Assembly: GCA_963806335.1 (NCBI GenBank)
Contig: CAWDXO010000009.1
Location: 165,269 to 229,268 of the forward strand
Direction: 5' to 3'
Length of the DNA stretch: 64,000 nt
Source: an uncultured Actinomycetes bacterium
GTDB taxonomy: Bacteria; Actinomycetota; Actinomycetes; Streptosporangiales; Streptosporangiaceae
Below, piece after piece: positions 9,251 to 18,141 of this stretch (its first letter is position 1; each line of letters starts with the position of its first letter). The notes under the pieces were generated by a model. That model was not told where the DNA came from and searched no databases. It worked only from the letters and a program-made list of their open reading frames with translations. The position numbers were made by a program, and so were the translations under genes.

Positions 9251-9805
9251 GTGAGAACCATGCGAGCACTCGTGGTGTACGAGTCGATATACGGGAACAC
9301 ACATGTCATCGCAAGCAACATCGAGGACGGCCTGAGCGCCACTCACGAGGTGACCCTCGTCCCCGTCACCGCGGCCACCGCGGAACTCGTCAGCCATGCC
9401 GATCTCCTGGTCGTCGGCGGCCCGACCCACATGCACCGGCTGTCGAGCGCCAGTTCCCGCCGGATGGCGGTACAAGCGGCGGGCAAGGAGGGCAGCGGGC
9501 TGACGCTGGACGCGGACGCGAGCGGGCCGGGGCTCCGCGACTGGCTCAAGGACATGGAGGACGGCCGGGCTCTCGCCGCTGCCTTCGATACGCGCCTGCA
9601 CGGCGTCCCCCTGGCCACCGGCCGCGCCAGCCGCGGCATCAGCAGGCTGCTGAAGGGGCACGGCTACCGCATCTTCGTCGCCCCGGAGAGTTTCCTGATC
9701 GGCCAGCAGAACACGCTACTGGACGGCGAGGCCTCCCGGGCCCGCCAGTGGGGTGCCATGCTCGGTGCCGTGGCGGCCGACGCCTGCGTCGCCGCACGCA
9801 CGTGA
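9251..9805 (+). CDS. Flavodoxin-family protein
   Basis: Motifs: MRALVVYESIYGNTHVIASNIEDGL...ADLLVVGGPTHMH. The start is ambiguous between GTG 9251 and ATG 9260. Confidence 0.7.
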   Translation: MRTMRALVVYESIYGNTHVIASNIEDGLSATHEVTLVPVTAATAELVSHADLLVVGGPTHMHRLSSASSRRMAVQAAGKEGSGLTLDADASGPGLRDWLKDMEDGRALAAAFDTRLHGVPLATGRASRGISRLLKGHGYRIFVAPESFLIGQQNTLLDGEASRARQWGAMLGAVAADACVAART

Positions 9806-9839
9806 GCCCTTGGCCGGACACTACGCAGAAGCGAGTGAG

Positions 9840-10052
9840 ATGAGTGAAGTGAATGACTTCTTCGGGATTGTCACAGCAGGCCCAGCGTTCTTCGTCAGCT
9901 CCTGGCTACTAATGATCTTCGCTGGGATCACGGCTCCTGATGTCGGGATCCGGCCGTTCGGCTATGTCACCTCCATGGTCGTCACGATCGGGCTCTGGCT
10001 GACACTGGCGCCAGCCGTCGGCGCGATCGCCCGCGCGACCAGTAAAAAGTGA
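9840..10052 (+). CDS. Small two-TM membrane protein, hypothetical
   Basis: ATG 9840. Two hydrophobic spans: [14 protein letters not shown] and [18 protein letters not shown]. Confidence 0.5.
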   Translation: MSEVNDFFGIVTAGPAFFVSSWLLMIFAGITAPDVGIRPFGYVTSMVVTIGLWLTLAPAVGAIARATSKK

Positions 10053-10099
10053 CCAAAACAAGCCGATCTCAGAAAGCGAGGCTGAGACACCTGGCGCAC

Positions 10100-10290
10100 C
10101 TGCCCGATGGCAGTTACCCAGCCGTCATCTCCCGCATCCTGGACCACCTGCCCCCACGCCGCCCTGGCGGTGCGGGTCACCGGGTGGTGCACGGGGGCGA
10201 GCGCTTCGGCGCATCGGTGCTGGTGGACGATGAGGTCATCGCCACGATCCAGGAGTTCGCCCGGCTGGCGCCGCTGCACAACCCGGCGAC
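10100..10290 (+). pseudogene. ackA: Acetate kinase (ackA) relic, internal fragment only
   Basis: Track ORF 10049..10354 contains [38 protein letters not shown], the conserved AckA segment. The N-terminal SGSSS(L/I)K motif and everything after LHNPA are absent, and pta starts at 10344. Confidence 0.7.
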
Positions 10291-10343
10291 ACCGCCCGCC
10301 ACCTCGCCGCCCGCCCGGCGGCCTCAGCCAGGAAGTAGACGTC

Positions 10344-12425
10344 ATGGCCCGTAACCTGCTCATCGTGCCCGCCGCGGGCGAAACCGGCCTGGCCCGGACG
10401 TGCCTGGGGCTGCTGCACGCGCTGGAGCGCAGCGGGGTGCACGTGGCCTACGTCAAGCCGGTGGCCCCGCCGCGGGCCGACGGCACTCCGGACAGCTCAG
10501 CCGCGCTGGTGGCGGCGGTCACCACGCTGCGGCCGCCGGAACCGCTGAGCACCGCCGAACTGGAGCGGCAGCTGGGTGAGGGCGGCCTCGATGTCGTCCT
10601 GGACAAGATCGTTGCGGCCTGGGAACCGATCTACCGCCGGTCCGATGTCGTTGTGGTCGAGGGGCTGAGCTCGGGGCCGTCCAAGCTGTACGCTAGCGCC
10701 CTCAACCAAGCGCTGGCCCGTGCCCTGGACGCCGACGTCCTGCTGGTCGGCAGCTGGCCCTCGGATCCGGACGGCGTCGACGGCCTGGCTGAGCAGTTCG
10801 CCATCGCGGCCGGCGGATACACCTCCGGCGAGGAGGTGCGCGTGGTCGGATGCGTGGTCCACCGCTTGCCCGCGGCCCACCGTCCGGGCACGGCTCCGGC
10901 CACCGAACTGCGGACCGCGCTAGCCAGGCACGGGCTCCGCCTGATCGCCGGGGTGCCGCACCGCCCGGAGCTGACCTGGCCACGGGTCGGCGACCTGGTC
11001 CGCGAGCTGAACCCCGAGGTTTTGCACGAGGGCGACATGTCCCGGCGGATCAAGGACGTGGCGGTGTTCGCTCAGGGCGTCCCCGGCGGCATCCGGGTCA
11101 TGGACGACGGCCGGCTTGTCGTGGTTCCCGGGGACCGGCACGAGGTGGTCATGGCTGCCTGCCTGGCGGCGCAGAACGGGACCCGCCTGGCCGCCCTGCT
11201 GCTGAGCGCGGGGATCCGGCCCGATCCGCGGATCTGGGAACTCACCCGGACCGCCTTCGCCGGCCTGCCCGTCCTGCTGGTCCAGCCCGACAGCTACCAG
11301 ACCGCCACCCGGGTGCGAGATCTGGACCCCGGGCTGCCGCCCGACGACGTGGACCGGATCGAGGGCGTGACCAGCAACATCGCCGATGCGCTTAACGCGT
11401 CCTGGCTGCAGTCCCTGGCCGGCCCCGGCCGTCCCCGCCGGCTCACCCCGGCCGCCTTCCGTTACCAGCTGGCGGAGCAAGCCCGCGCCGCCCATGCGCT
11501 CATCGTGCTGCCCGAAGGCACCGAACCCCGTACCTTGCGGGCCGCGGTCACGTGCGCCCACCGCGGCATCGCTCGCTTCCTGCTGCTCGGCGCCCCGGAT
11601 GAGATAACCGCCCAGGCCAGGCAGCTCGGGCTGCGGCTGCCCGAGGATGTCACCATCGTGGACCCGCGGACCGTCGCCGAGCGCTACGTTGCCCCGCTGG
11701 CCGAACTGCGGCGGCACAAAGGCTGGACCGAGGAGATGGCCCGGGAGCATCTCGCCGACCCGGTCACGGTCGGGATCATGATGCTCAAGCAGGGCGAGGT
11801 GGACGGCATGGTGGCCGGCGCGGTGCACACCACCGCGGCCACGATCCGCCCCGCGCTGCAGATCCTCGGCACCAAGCCAGGCAGCCGCCTGGTGTCCTCG
11901 GTGTTCTTCATGTGCCTGCCCGACGAGGTCGTCATCTACGGCGACTGCGCCATCAACCCTCGGCCCGGTGCCGAGGACCTGGCCGACATCGCCATCTCCA
12001 GCGCGGCGTCCGCGCGGGCCTTCGGCATCGAACCCCGGGTGGCGATGATCAGCTTCAGCACCGGCACCTCCGGCACGGGCACCGATGTGGACAAGGTCGC
12101 CGAGGCCACCCGGCTCGTCCGCGAGCGCGAACCCGGCCTGGCCGTCGACGGCCCGCTGCAGTACGACGCCGCCGCCATCGCCTCGGTCGGCCGGGCCAAG
12201 CGGCCAGGTAGCCCGGTAGCAGGCCGGGCTAACGTCTTCATCTTCCCCGACCTGGACACGGGCAACACGACGTACAAGGCGGTGCAGCGCAGCGCGCAGG
12301 TCGTCAGCATCGGCCCGATGCTGCAGGGCCTGGCCAAGCCGGTGAACGACCTGAGCCGCGGCGCCCTGGTCGAGGACATCATCTACACGGTCGCGCTGAC
12401 CGCGGTCCAGGCCCGCGCCAGTTAA
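10344..12425 (+). CDS. pta: Phosphate acetyltransferase, long form (N-terminal P-loop-like/DRTGG region + PTA_PTB domain)
   Basis: ATG 10344 lies inside track ORF 10107..12425. The product is about 693 aa. The C-terminal domain carries [17 protein letters not shown]...[18 protein letters not shown]...[21 protein letters not shown]. Confidence 0.9.
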   Translation: MARNLLIVPAAGETGLARTCLGLLHALERSGVHVAYVKPVAPPRADGTPDSSAALVAAVTTLRPPEPLSTAELERQLGEGGLDVVLDKIVAAWEPIYRRSDVVVVEGLSSGPSKLYASALNQALARALDADVLLVGSWPSDPDGVDGLAEQFAIAAGGYTSGEEVRVVGCVVHRLPAAHRPGTAPATELRTALARHGLRLIAGVPHRPELTWPRVGDLVRELNPEVLHEGDMSRRIKDVAVFAQGVPGGIRVMDDGRLVVVPGDRHEVVMAACLAAQNGTRLAALLLSAGIRPDPRIWELTRTAFAGLPVLLVQPDSYQTATRVRDLDPGLPPDDVDRIEGVTSNIADALNASWLQSLAGPGRPRRLTPAAFRYQLAEQARAAHALIVLPEGTEPRTLRAAVTCAHRGIARFLLLGAPDEITAQARQLGLRLPEDVTIVDPRTVAERYVAPLAELRRHKGWTEEMAREHLADPVTVGIMMLKQGEVDGMVAGAVHTTAATIRPALQILGTKPGSRLVSSVFFMCLPDEVVIYGDCAINPRPGAEDLADIAISSAASARAFGIEPRVAMISFSTGTSGTGTDVDKVAEATRLVREREPGLAVDGPLQYDAAAIASVGRAKRPGSPVAGRANVFIFPDLDTGNTTYKAVQRSAQVVSIGPMLQGLAKPVNDLSRGALVEDIIYTVALTAVQARAS

Positions 12426-12468
12426 CCCGGGCCCAACCCTGACCAAGCTGAAGGCCTTCTCACCTTCC

Positions 12469-12482
12469 GGGACCTAGGTCCC
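12469..12482. promoter_or_regulatory. DevR/DosR-type operator, GGGACCTAGGTCCC (perfect)
   Basis: Lies between the pta stop and the USP start (12609). An extra GTCCC half-site is at 12494. Confidence 0.75.
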
Positions 12483-12608
12483 GGGAGCTAGAGGTCCCTA
12501 TCTGGTCATGCCTTGGGTCCCTGGCCACTCACATCGCGCGGCGCGACACTGACATGGGGAAGACACTGAGTTCACCCAAGGTAGTTTTGGCGCCGGAAGG
12601 ACAAAGCG

Positions 12609-13028
12609 ATGTATGACAAAATCCTGGTGGCCGTGGACCACTCAGAAATATCCGACCGGGCGGTGCTCGCGGCCCGCGACCTGGCGGCGTTGTCCAAGGG
12701 TGAGGTATGGGTCCTGCACCTACGGGAGCGCGAGGTAGCGGTCAAGACGGGGGCGGCCATGACGGCCGAGAGCGAGGACGACGCGAACGTCGCTGTTTCG
12801 GCCGCTGTCGAGGTGCTGACCCAGGCCGGCGTGAAGGCGCACGGCGAGATCAGGACCACCCTGTTCGGCTACGCCGCGCGCGAGATCGTCGATGACGCCA
12901 TAGAGCACAACGCCGACGTCATCGTCATGGGTTCACGTGGCCGAAGCGACCTGGTCGGTTTCATGCTGGGCAGCACGGCGCACAAGGTGATACACCTCAC
13001 CGACAGGCCGGTCCTGATCATCAGGTGA
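12609..13028 (+). CDS. Universal stress protein, single domain
   Basis: Motifs: [19 protein letters not shown]...[11 protein letters not shown]...[17 protein letters not shown]. It is a close paralogue of 37670..38089. Confidence 0.9.
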   Translation: MYDKILVAVDHSEISDRAVLAARDLAALSKGEVWVLHLREREVAVKTGAAMTAESEDDANVAVSAAVEVLTQAGVKAHGEIRTTLFGYAAREIVDDAIEHNADVIVMGSRGRSDLVGFMLGSTAHKVIHLTDRPVLIIR

Positions 13029-13092
13029 GCAAGGTCCTGGCGGGCCTGCCGATGACTCGTCGCGGCCACGGCGGGGGTGCGGCACCAGGATG

Positions 13093-13106
13093 TGGACGAA
13101 CGTCCC
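13093..13106. promoter_or_regulatory. DevR/DosR-type operator, TGGACGAACGTCCC (1 mismatch)
   Basis: About 155 nt upstream of the HTH-PPOX gene. Confidence 0.5.
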
Positions 13107-13261
13107 GGCCGGACATGGCGGAGGACACTCGCCGCCCGGCTTCGATCTGCTGAGGGTGGGTGATATGAGGAGCGCAAGCCCCGCATGACAGCGGATATAA
13201 CCGAGGAGGTGAAGCGACGTTTGCGGTCCGGCCCAGGCCGGACCCGCATCGCCGCGATCCG

Positions 13262-13975
13262 ATGACCGTTAGAGACATATCCTGGCCAGGGCCCATTGGG
13301 CCGGAGCAGCACGAGGAACAGGGCTGGCCGTCGCCGCCCGACCCTGGTGACCTGAGCAAGCGGATCGCGCAGCGACGCGCGGAGCTGCGGCTGAGCCAGG
13401 AGCAGGTAGCTGCGCGCGCCAAGGTCAGCCTGCGGTACCTGCAGTACCTGGAGAGGTACCCGGCCCGGCCGAACAGCACTACGCTACGGCAGATCGCCGC
13501 CGCGCTGCAGACGACGCCGACCGCGCTGCTCGGAGGCGGCGCGGGGGTTCCGCCCGGGCACGGCCGCCCGGCGGGCCAGCGGGTCACGATCAAGCTCACG
13601 TCGGCGGAGTGCCGCCGGCTGATTGCGCCAGGCGGTGTCGGGCGGATCGCGTTCCCCACGGTCTCGGGCCCGGTCGTCCTTCCGGTCAACTTCGCCATGC
13701 TGGCGGACACCATCGTCATCAGGACCGCCGAAGGCACGGTCATCGAAGGGCATGCCGACGGCCTGGTCGCGCTCGAGGTCGATCACATCGACGAGGCACT
13801 CGGCCAGGGCTGGAGCGTCCTCGTGCGCGGGCAAGCGCATCGTGTCACGCACCCGGCCGAACTGCGCCGCCTGCAGGAGGACGCCGTGGTCTGGCCGTGG
13901 GCGGGGGGTGAGCGCGAGGTCTACGTACGCATCCTGCCCGGCCAGATGACCGGCCGCCGCATCGAGATCCGGTGA
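13262..13975 (+). CDS. XRE-type HTH domain fused to a PPOX-fold domain
   Basis: The N-terminal part (LSKRIAQRRAELRLSQEQVAARAKVSLRYLQYLE...LRQIAAAL) is HTH_XRE-like. The C-terminal part (LTSAECRRLIAPGGVGRIAF...GWSVLVRGQAHRV...VRILPGQMTGRRI) is collinear with the stand-alone PPOX paralogues. Confidence 0.8.
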   Translation: MTVRDISWPGPIGPEQHEEQGWPSPPDPGDLSKRIAQRRAELRLSQEQVAARAKVSLRYLQYLERYPARPNSTTLRQIAAALQTTPTALLGGGAGVPPGHGRPAGQRVTIKLTSAECRRLIAPGGVGRIAFPTVSGPVVLPVNFAMLADTIVIRTAEGTVIEGHADGLVALEVDHIDEALGQGWSVLVRGQAHRVTHPAELRRLQEDAVVWPWAGGEREVYVRILPGQMTGRRIEIR

Positions 13976-13986
13976 CGGCAATGCTA

Positions 13987-14021
13987 TAAGAGCGGGCCGC
14001 TTCCCAGGCGGCCCGCTCTTA
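13987..14021. terminator. Bidirectional intrinsic-terminator-like hairpin (14-bp perfect stem, 7-nt loop)
   Basis: Stem arms are TAAGAGCGGGCCGC and GCGGCCCGCTCTTA. It lies between the convergent stops of 13262..13975 (+) and gap (-). Confidence 0.7.
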
Positions 14022-14036
14022 GCGTAGGGACCGTGA

Positions 14037-15038
14037 CTACAGCTGGCGCCCAACGAGCGCGGCGAGGTCGGCTAGCCGGCAGGTGTACCCCCATTCGTTG
14101 TCGTACCAGCCGAACACCTTGACCAGCGTTCCCGACGCCTGAGTCAGCGGCGAGTCGAACACGCACGAGGCGGGGTCGCCAATGACGTCGCGGGAGACGA
14201 TGGGGTCGGTGCTGTAGCGCAGGACGCCCGTCATCGGGCCGGCCGCCGCGGCGGCGAACGCCTCGTTGACCGCCTCTGCGGTAACGTCGCGACTGAGCAC
14301 GACCGCGAGGTCGGTCAGCGACCCGTCCTCTACCGGAACCCGCAGGGAGATCCCGTCCAGCTTCCCGGCCAGGGCCGGGAAGACTTCGCCGGTGGCGGCG
14401 GCCGCGCCGGTCGTGGTCGGCACGATGCTGACCGCCGCGGACCTGGCCCGCCGCAGGTCCTTATGCGGTCCGTCCAGCAGCATCTGGTCCCCGGTGTAGG
14501 CGTGCACCGTGGTCATGTAGCCCTGAACCACGCCGAACGCGTCGTGCAGCACCTTGGCCATCGGGGCCACGCAGTTGGTCGTGCAGGACGCGTTGGAGAT
14601 CACGTCGTGGCGCGCCGGGTCGTAGGCGCTGTCGTTGACCCCGAGCACGACGGTAAGGTCCGCGCCCTTGCCCGGCGCCGAGATCAGCACCTTGCGCGCG
14701 CCGCCCTTCAGGTGCAGGGCCGCGCCGTCCCGGCTGCGGAACTTCCCGGTGGACTCGATCACCACGTCGGCGCCGAGCTTGCCCCAGTCGATGGCCGCCG
14801 GGTCACGCTCGGACAGCACGGCGACCGGGCGGCCGTCGATGATCAGCGAGTCCTGGGTGTGCTCCACCGTGCGGCCGAACCGGCCGAAGGTGGAATCGAA
14901 TGCCAGCAGGTGCGCCAGCGTCCGCGCGTCGGTGATGTCGTTGACCGCCACCACCTCCAGATCGCCGCGATCCGCCGCCAGCCGCGTGAACGCCCGCCCG
15001 ATACGGCCGAACCCGTTAATGCCCACCCTGGTCGTCAT
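14037..15038 (-). CDS. gap: Glyceraldehyde-3-phosphate dehydrogenase, type I
   Basis: ATG 15038 is preceded by GAGGAGGAAG. Motifs: MTTRVGINGFGRIGR, SNASCTTNC, WYDNEWGY. It is not followed by pgk-tpiA. Confidence 0.95.
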   Translation of the reverse strand: MTTRVGINGFGRIGRAFTRLAADRGDLEVVAVNDITDARTLAHLLAFDSTFGRFGRTVEHTQDSLIIDGRPVAVLSERDPAAIDWGKLGADVVIESTGKFRSRDGAALHLKGGARKVLISAPGKGADLTVVLGVNDSAYDPARHDVISNASCTTNCVAPMAKVLHDAFGVVQGYMTTVHAYTGDQMLLDGPHKDLRRARSAAVSIVPTTTGAAAATGEVFPALAGKLDGISLRVPVEDGSLTDLAVVLSRDVTAEAVNEAFAAAAAGPMTGVLRYSTDPIVSRDVIGDPASCVFDSPLTQASGTLVKVFGWYDNEWGYTCRLADLAALVGRQL

Positions 15039-15123
15039 GGTGCTTCCTCCTCGTAGATGTTTTCCGTCAACAGCCTGTGCCTGGACCCCGTGGGACGGAT
15101 ACCGCCAATGGGCACACAACGGC

Positions 15124-15137
15124 GGGACCAATGGCCC
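15124..15137. promoter_or_regulatory. DevR/DosR-type operator, GGGACCAATGGCCC (1 mismatch)
   Basis: First of three boxes in the gap / CBS-BON divergent region. Confidence 0.55.
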
Positions 15138-15154
15138 TTTGGCCGGAACCGGAA

Positions 15155-15168
15155 GGGACTAAGGTCCC
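15155..15168. promoter_or_regulatory. DevR/DosR-type operator, GGGACTAAGGTCCC (perfect)
   Basis: Second of three boxes in the gap / CBS-BON divergent region. Confidence 0.75.
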
Positions 15169-15220
15169 GGTCAGGTAAGGAGAAACGGCCCTGGCCGGGT
15201 AACAGCGGCACGGATCATAA

Positions 15221-15234
15221 GGGACCGAGGTCCC
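15221..15234. promoter_or_regulatory. DevR/DosR-type operator, GGGACCGAGGTCCC (perfect)
   Basis: Third of three boxes in the gap / CBS-BON divergent region. Confidence 0.75.
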
Positions 15235-15373
15235 GGTGGTGTGGTGACGTCCGGCCGTGGCGCCGGCAGCGAGCTCAGTGGGAGACTCCCAGCTAGGAAC
15301 CGGACCATGCGGAGCCGGGGATCCCGGCCCCGCCCAACCGGTCCGGCCAGGAGTTAGTGAGGAAGTGAGCGTG

Positions 15374-16267
15374 ATGGCGCGCACTGATATTCACCTCGAC
15401 GCGATGCTCCGCCACCTCGGCGCGGCATACTACGATTCCCTGCACGGCAGGGCCGCCCGCTCGGACGTGACCCGCGCCCTGGACACGGTGGAGGAACACC
15501 TGCACGAGCAGGCGCCGCATCCCGCCCATGCCAAGACCCACCCGCACCCGGCCCACCCGAGCGACGGACCGTGGCACCGGCGGTGGGCGCGCCGGGTCAG
15601 CGACGTGATGACGACCTCGGTGGTCACCGTCGACCGGATCACGCCGTTCCAGGAGATCGACCGTTTGCTGACCCAGCACCGGATTAGCGGCGTGCCGGTG
15701 CTGATGATGGGCCGCGAGGTGGCAGGGATCGTCACCGAAGCCGATCTGCTCGCCGCGGAGGACGAGCCGAACAGGCACGCGCGGATGGCCGACTCGGCCG
15801 GCCACCATCGGCGACTCCGCAAGCAGCCGCCGCATGTGAGCCTGACCGCGGGCGCGCTGATGACCGCACCGGCTATTACCATCAGCCCCGACGCGACTAT
15901 TCCGAGCGCTGTGCGCTTGATGAACACGCATCACCTCAGGAGGCTGCCCGTGGTTGACGAGGAAGGCAAGCTGGCCGGCATCGTGAGCCGCCGCGACCTG
16001 CTCAGCATCTTCCTGCGCCCCGACGCCGACCTAATCCACGATGTCCGGCAAGTCCTGGCCGAGCTCCCGCTCATTGATCCCGAGCAGGTCATCGTAACGG
16101 TACGCAATGGCGTGGTGACCCTTACCGGCACGATAGAGGCCGAGCCGGGCCAGCACGAGGACATCGTTCTGCTCGCGCTCCGGCTGATCTGGGACATCGA
16201 CGGAGTAGTCGACGTGGTGAACAAGCTCGGCGAAGCCCAGCCAGCGGCCAAGACAGGGGCGGTGTGA
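15374..16267 (+). CDS. CBS-pair + BON domain protein with His/Pro-rich N-terminal extension
   Basis: ATG 15374. Motifs: VSDVMTTSVVTV...ISGVPVL, a second CBS (LMTAPAITI...LRRLPVVDEEGKLAGIVSRRDLL), and a BON-like tail (VIVTVRNGVVTLTG...IDGVVDVVNKL). Confidence 0.8.
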   Translation: MARTDIHLDAMLRHLGAAYYDSLHGRAARSDVTRALDTVEEHLHEQAPHPAHAKTHPHPAHPSDGPWHRRWARRVSDVMTTSVVTVDRITPFQEIDRLLTQHRISGVPVLMMGREVAGIVTEADLLAAEDEPNRHARMADSAGHHRRLRKQPPHVSLTAGALMTAPAITISPDATIPSAVRLMNTHHLRRLPVVDEEGKLAGIVSRRDLLSIFLRPDADLIHDVRQVLAELPLIDPEQVIVTVRNGVVTLTGTIEAEPGQHEDIVLLALRLIWDIDGVVDVVNKLGEAQPAAKTGAV

Positions 16268-16436
16268 GCTATACCGGTGAGGACCTAGCGCGTCGGCCGT
16301 CCGGCCAGCTGTGCTGGGCGGCGGGTGCAGATAGTGGCAGACGGTTCAAGCGAGCCTGCGAGCACCAGCCGAGCCATCCGCCGCGTCCACAGCGCAAGAC
16401 ACGGTCGACGTTGGCATTGAGATGCAGGCCCGGGCA

Positions 16437-17873
16437 TTACCGATGAGTCGACGCTGCCCGTCGTTTGGCCGCTGCTGCCCTTTGGTGGTGCTTGGCGGCC
16501 GTCCGTAGCTCCGACACGCCTTGCTCAATGCCGTGGGCGAGCACGTCGAGGTCGGGGTTGGCCGCGAAGTCGCCGGTGATCCCGAAGGTGACGTTGCCGC
16601 AGTAGCTGAAGATCGAGATCCCGGTGCGCATCGTGGTGGCGATCGGCACGTAGGGGATGATTTCCAGGAGCCGCCGGCCCATCCCGTAGAGCGGCTGGCC
16701 GGGACCGGGCACATTCGTGGTGACGGTGACGATCTCCCGTTGGGGCAGTCCGAACGCCAGCCTGACCCACCAGGACGCGACCGGGTACCAGCTGTAGCGG
16801 CCCAGACTGGTCAGGGCCTCGCCTACTAGCGCTTCCTTGCTTGCCTTCAGGGACCGCAGCTCGGCCTGGACGGCCGCGAGCCGTTCCACCGGGTCGGGGA
16901 TGTGGACGGGGAGATCGGCCAGTACGGCTGAGACCCGGTTGTCGTAGATGTTCTCCTCGCCGGGAGCCCGCAGCGACACCGGGACCAGCGAGCGGACCAT
17001 GTGCGGTTCTGGTTCCTCACCACGGGCGAGCAGGAGCGCCCGGAAGCCACCGCTGATCGCGGCCAAGACGACATCGTTCACGGTGCCGCCAAGCTCCTGC
17101 TTGATCTTCTTCACATCATCTAGCGACGCCCGGGCCCAGGTGTATCGCCGTTGCCTGCCGATCGGCCCGCTCAGCGACGACCCCGTGGTCGGCGACAAAG
17201 CTGGCGTCAGCTTGGCGAAGGCCCGGGCCGCGTCAGCAGCCTGGCGGATGGCACCGCCAGGATCGCCGGCTACCGAGCCGCTCAGCGCGAGGGCTTCACG
17301 GACCGGGAGCACGACGTTGTCCACAGCGGCCTGAGCAGCCAACCCGAGGGAGGACGGCTCCGGGCCCACGAGCCGGTCGTCGACGACGGGCGGCGAAGGT
17401 TCGGGCGAGAAGTCGAAGATCACGCGGTACAGGTCAGTACCGGAAACGCCGTCGACCATGCAGTGGTGCACCTTGGAAATCAGCGCCCAGCGATCCTGGG
17501 CGAGTCCTTCGATGACCCAGTACTCCCACAGCGGGTGATCGCGGTCGAGCCGCTGGGACATCACCCTCGCCATCAGCTCGGCGAGCTGCTGGTCTCCTCC
17601 TGGCGCGGGCAGGGCGGTCCGCCGGACGTGGTAAGCAAGGTCGAAGTGCGGGTCGTCAACCCAGACCGGCGGTCCGAGGCGGAGCGGCACCGTGCGAAGC
17701 TTCTGGCGGTAGCGAGGCACCCGCGGCAAACGCCCGGCCAGGAAAGCCAGAAACTCCTCGTGAGACGGCGGCGGCCCCTCGAACACCGCAATCGACGCGA
17801 TCGCCATCGACGTGTGCAGGTCCTGGTCCTCCGCATCGACGAAAACGGCGTCCAGTGGGCTCAGCTTGTCCAT
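16437..17873 (-). CDS. tgs: Wax ester synthase / diacylglycerol acyltransferase (WS/DGAT), Tgs-like
   Basis: ATG 17873 (MDKLSPLDAVFVDAED). It carries the catalytic HHCMVDGVSG motif (HHxxxDG). The product is 478 aa. Confidence 0.9.
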   Translation of the reverse strand: MDKLSPLDAVFVDAEDQDLHTSMAIASIAVFEGPPPSHEEFLAFLAGRLPRVPRYRQKLRTVPLRLGPPVWVDDPHFDLAYHVRRTALPAPGGDQQLAELMARVMSQRLDRDHPLWEYWVIEGLAQDRWALISKVHHCMVDGVSGTDLYRVIFDFSPEPSPPVVDDRLVGPEPSSLGLAAQAAVDNVVLPVREALALSGSVAGDPGGAIRQAADAARAFAKLTPALSPTTGSSLSGPIGRQRRYTWARASLDDVKKIKQELGGTVNDVVLAAISGGFRALLLARGEEPEPHMVRSLVPVSLRAPGEENIYDNRVSAVLADLPVHIPDPVERLAAVQAELRSLKASKEALVGEALTSLGRYSWYPVASWWVRLAFGLPQREIVTVTTNVPGPGQPLYGMGRRLLEIIPYVPIATTMRTGISIFSYCGNVTFGITGDFAANPDLDVLAHGIEQGVSELRTAAKHHQRAAAAKRRAASTHR

Positions 17874-18003
17874 GACGTCCCCTTCCAAGTTGCGTCCACC
17901 CCGCCGCCCGGAACGCTGCCAGGCAAACGACGAATACCCTGCTCCACTTTTGGATCGTAGGTCGCGCGGCTCTGGCTGGCCCCGGCCAATCGTCCTGCAT
18001 GCT

Positions 18004-18017
18004 GGGACTTTCGGCCC
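18004..18017. promoter_or_regulatory. DevR/DosR-type operator, GGGACTTTCGGCCC (1 mismatch)
   Basis: Sits in the divergent tgs / fadD intergenic region. Confidence 0.55.
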
Positions 18018-18033
18018 TGAGCACCGGCTCCTC

Positions 18034-18047
18034 GGGCTGAAGGTCCC
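18034..18047. promoter_or_regulatory. Candidate DevR/DosR-type operator, GGGCTGAAGGTCCC (2 mismatches)
   Basis: Second box in the tgs / fadD intergenic region, 30 bp from the first. Confidence 0.4.
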
Positions 18048-18141
18048 GCCAGGCCGGGCAGAACGCCCGTAGCGGCCGCCGCTCGGCACCGCACACGCTA
18101 AGTAGCGGACCACTAGCTCAGTATCGTGAAGGGACGGGGTC

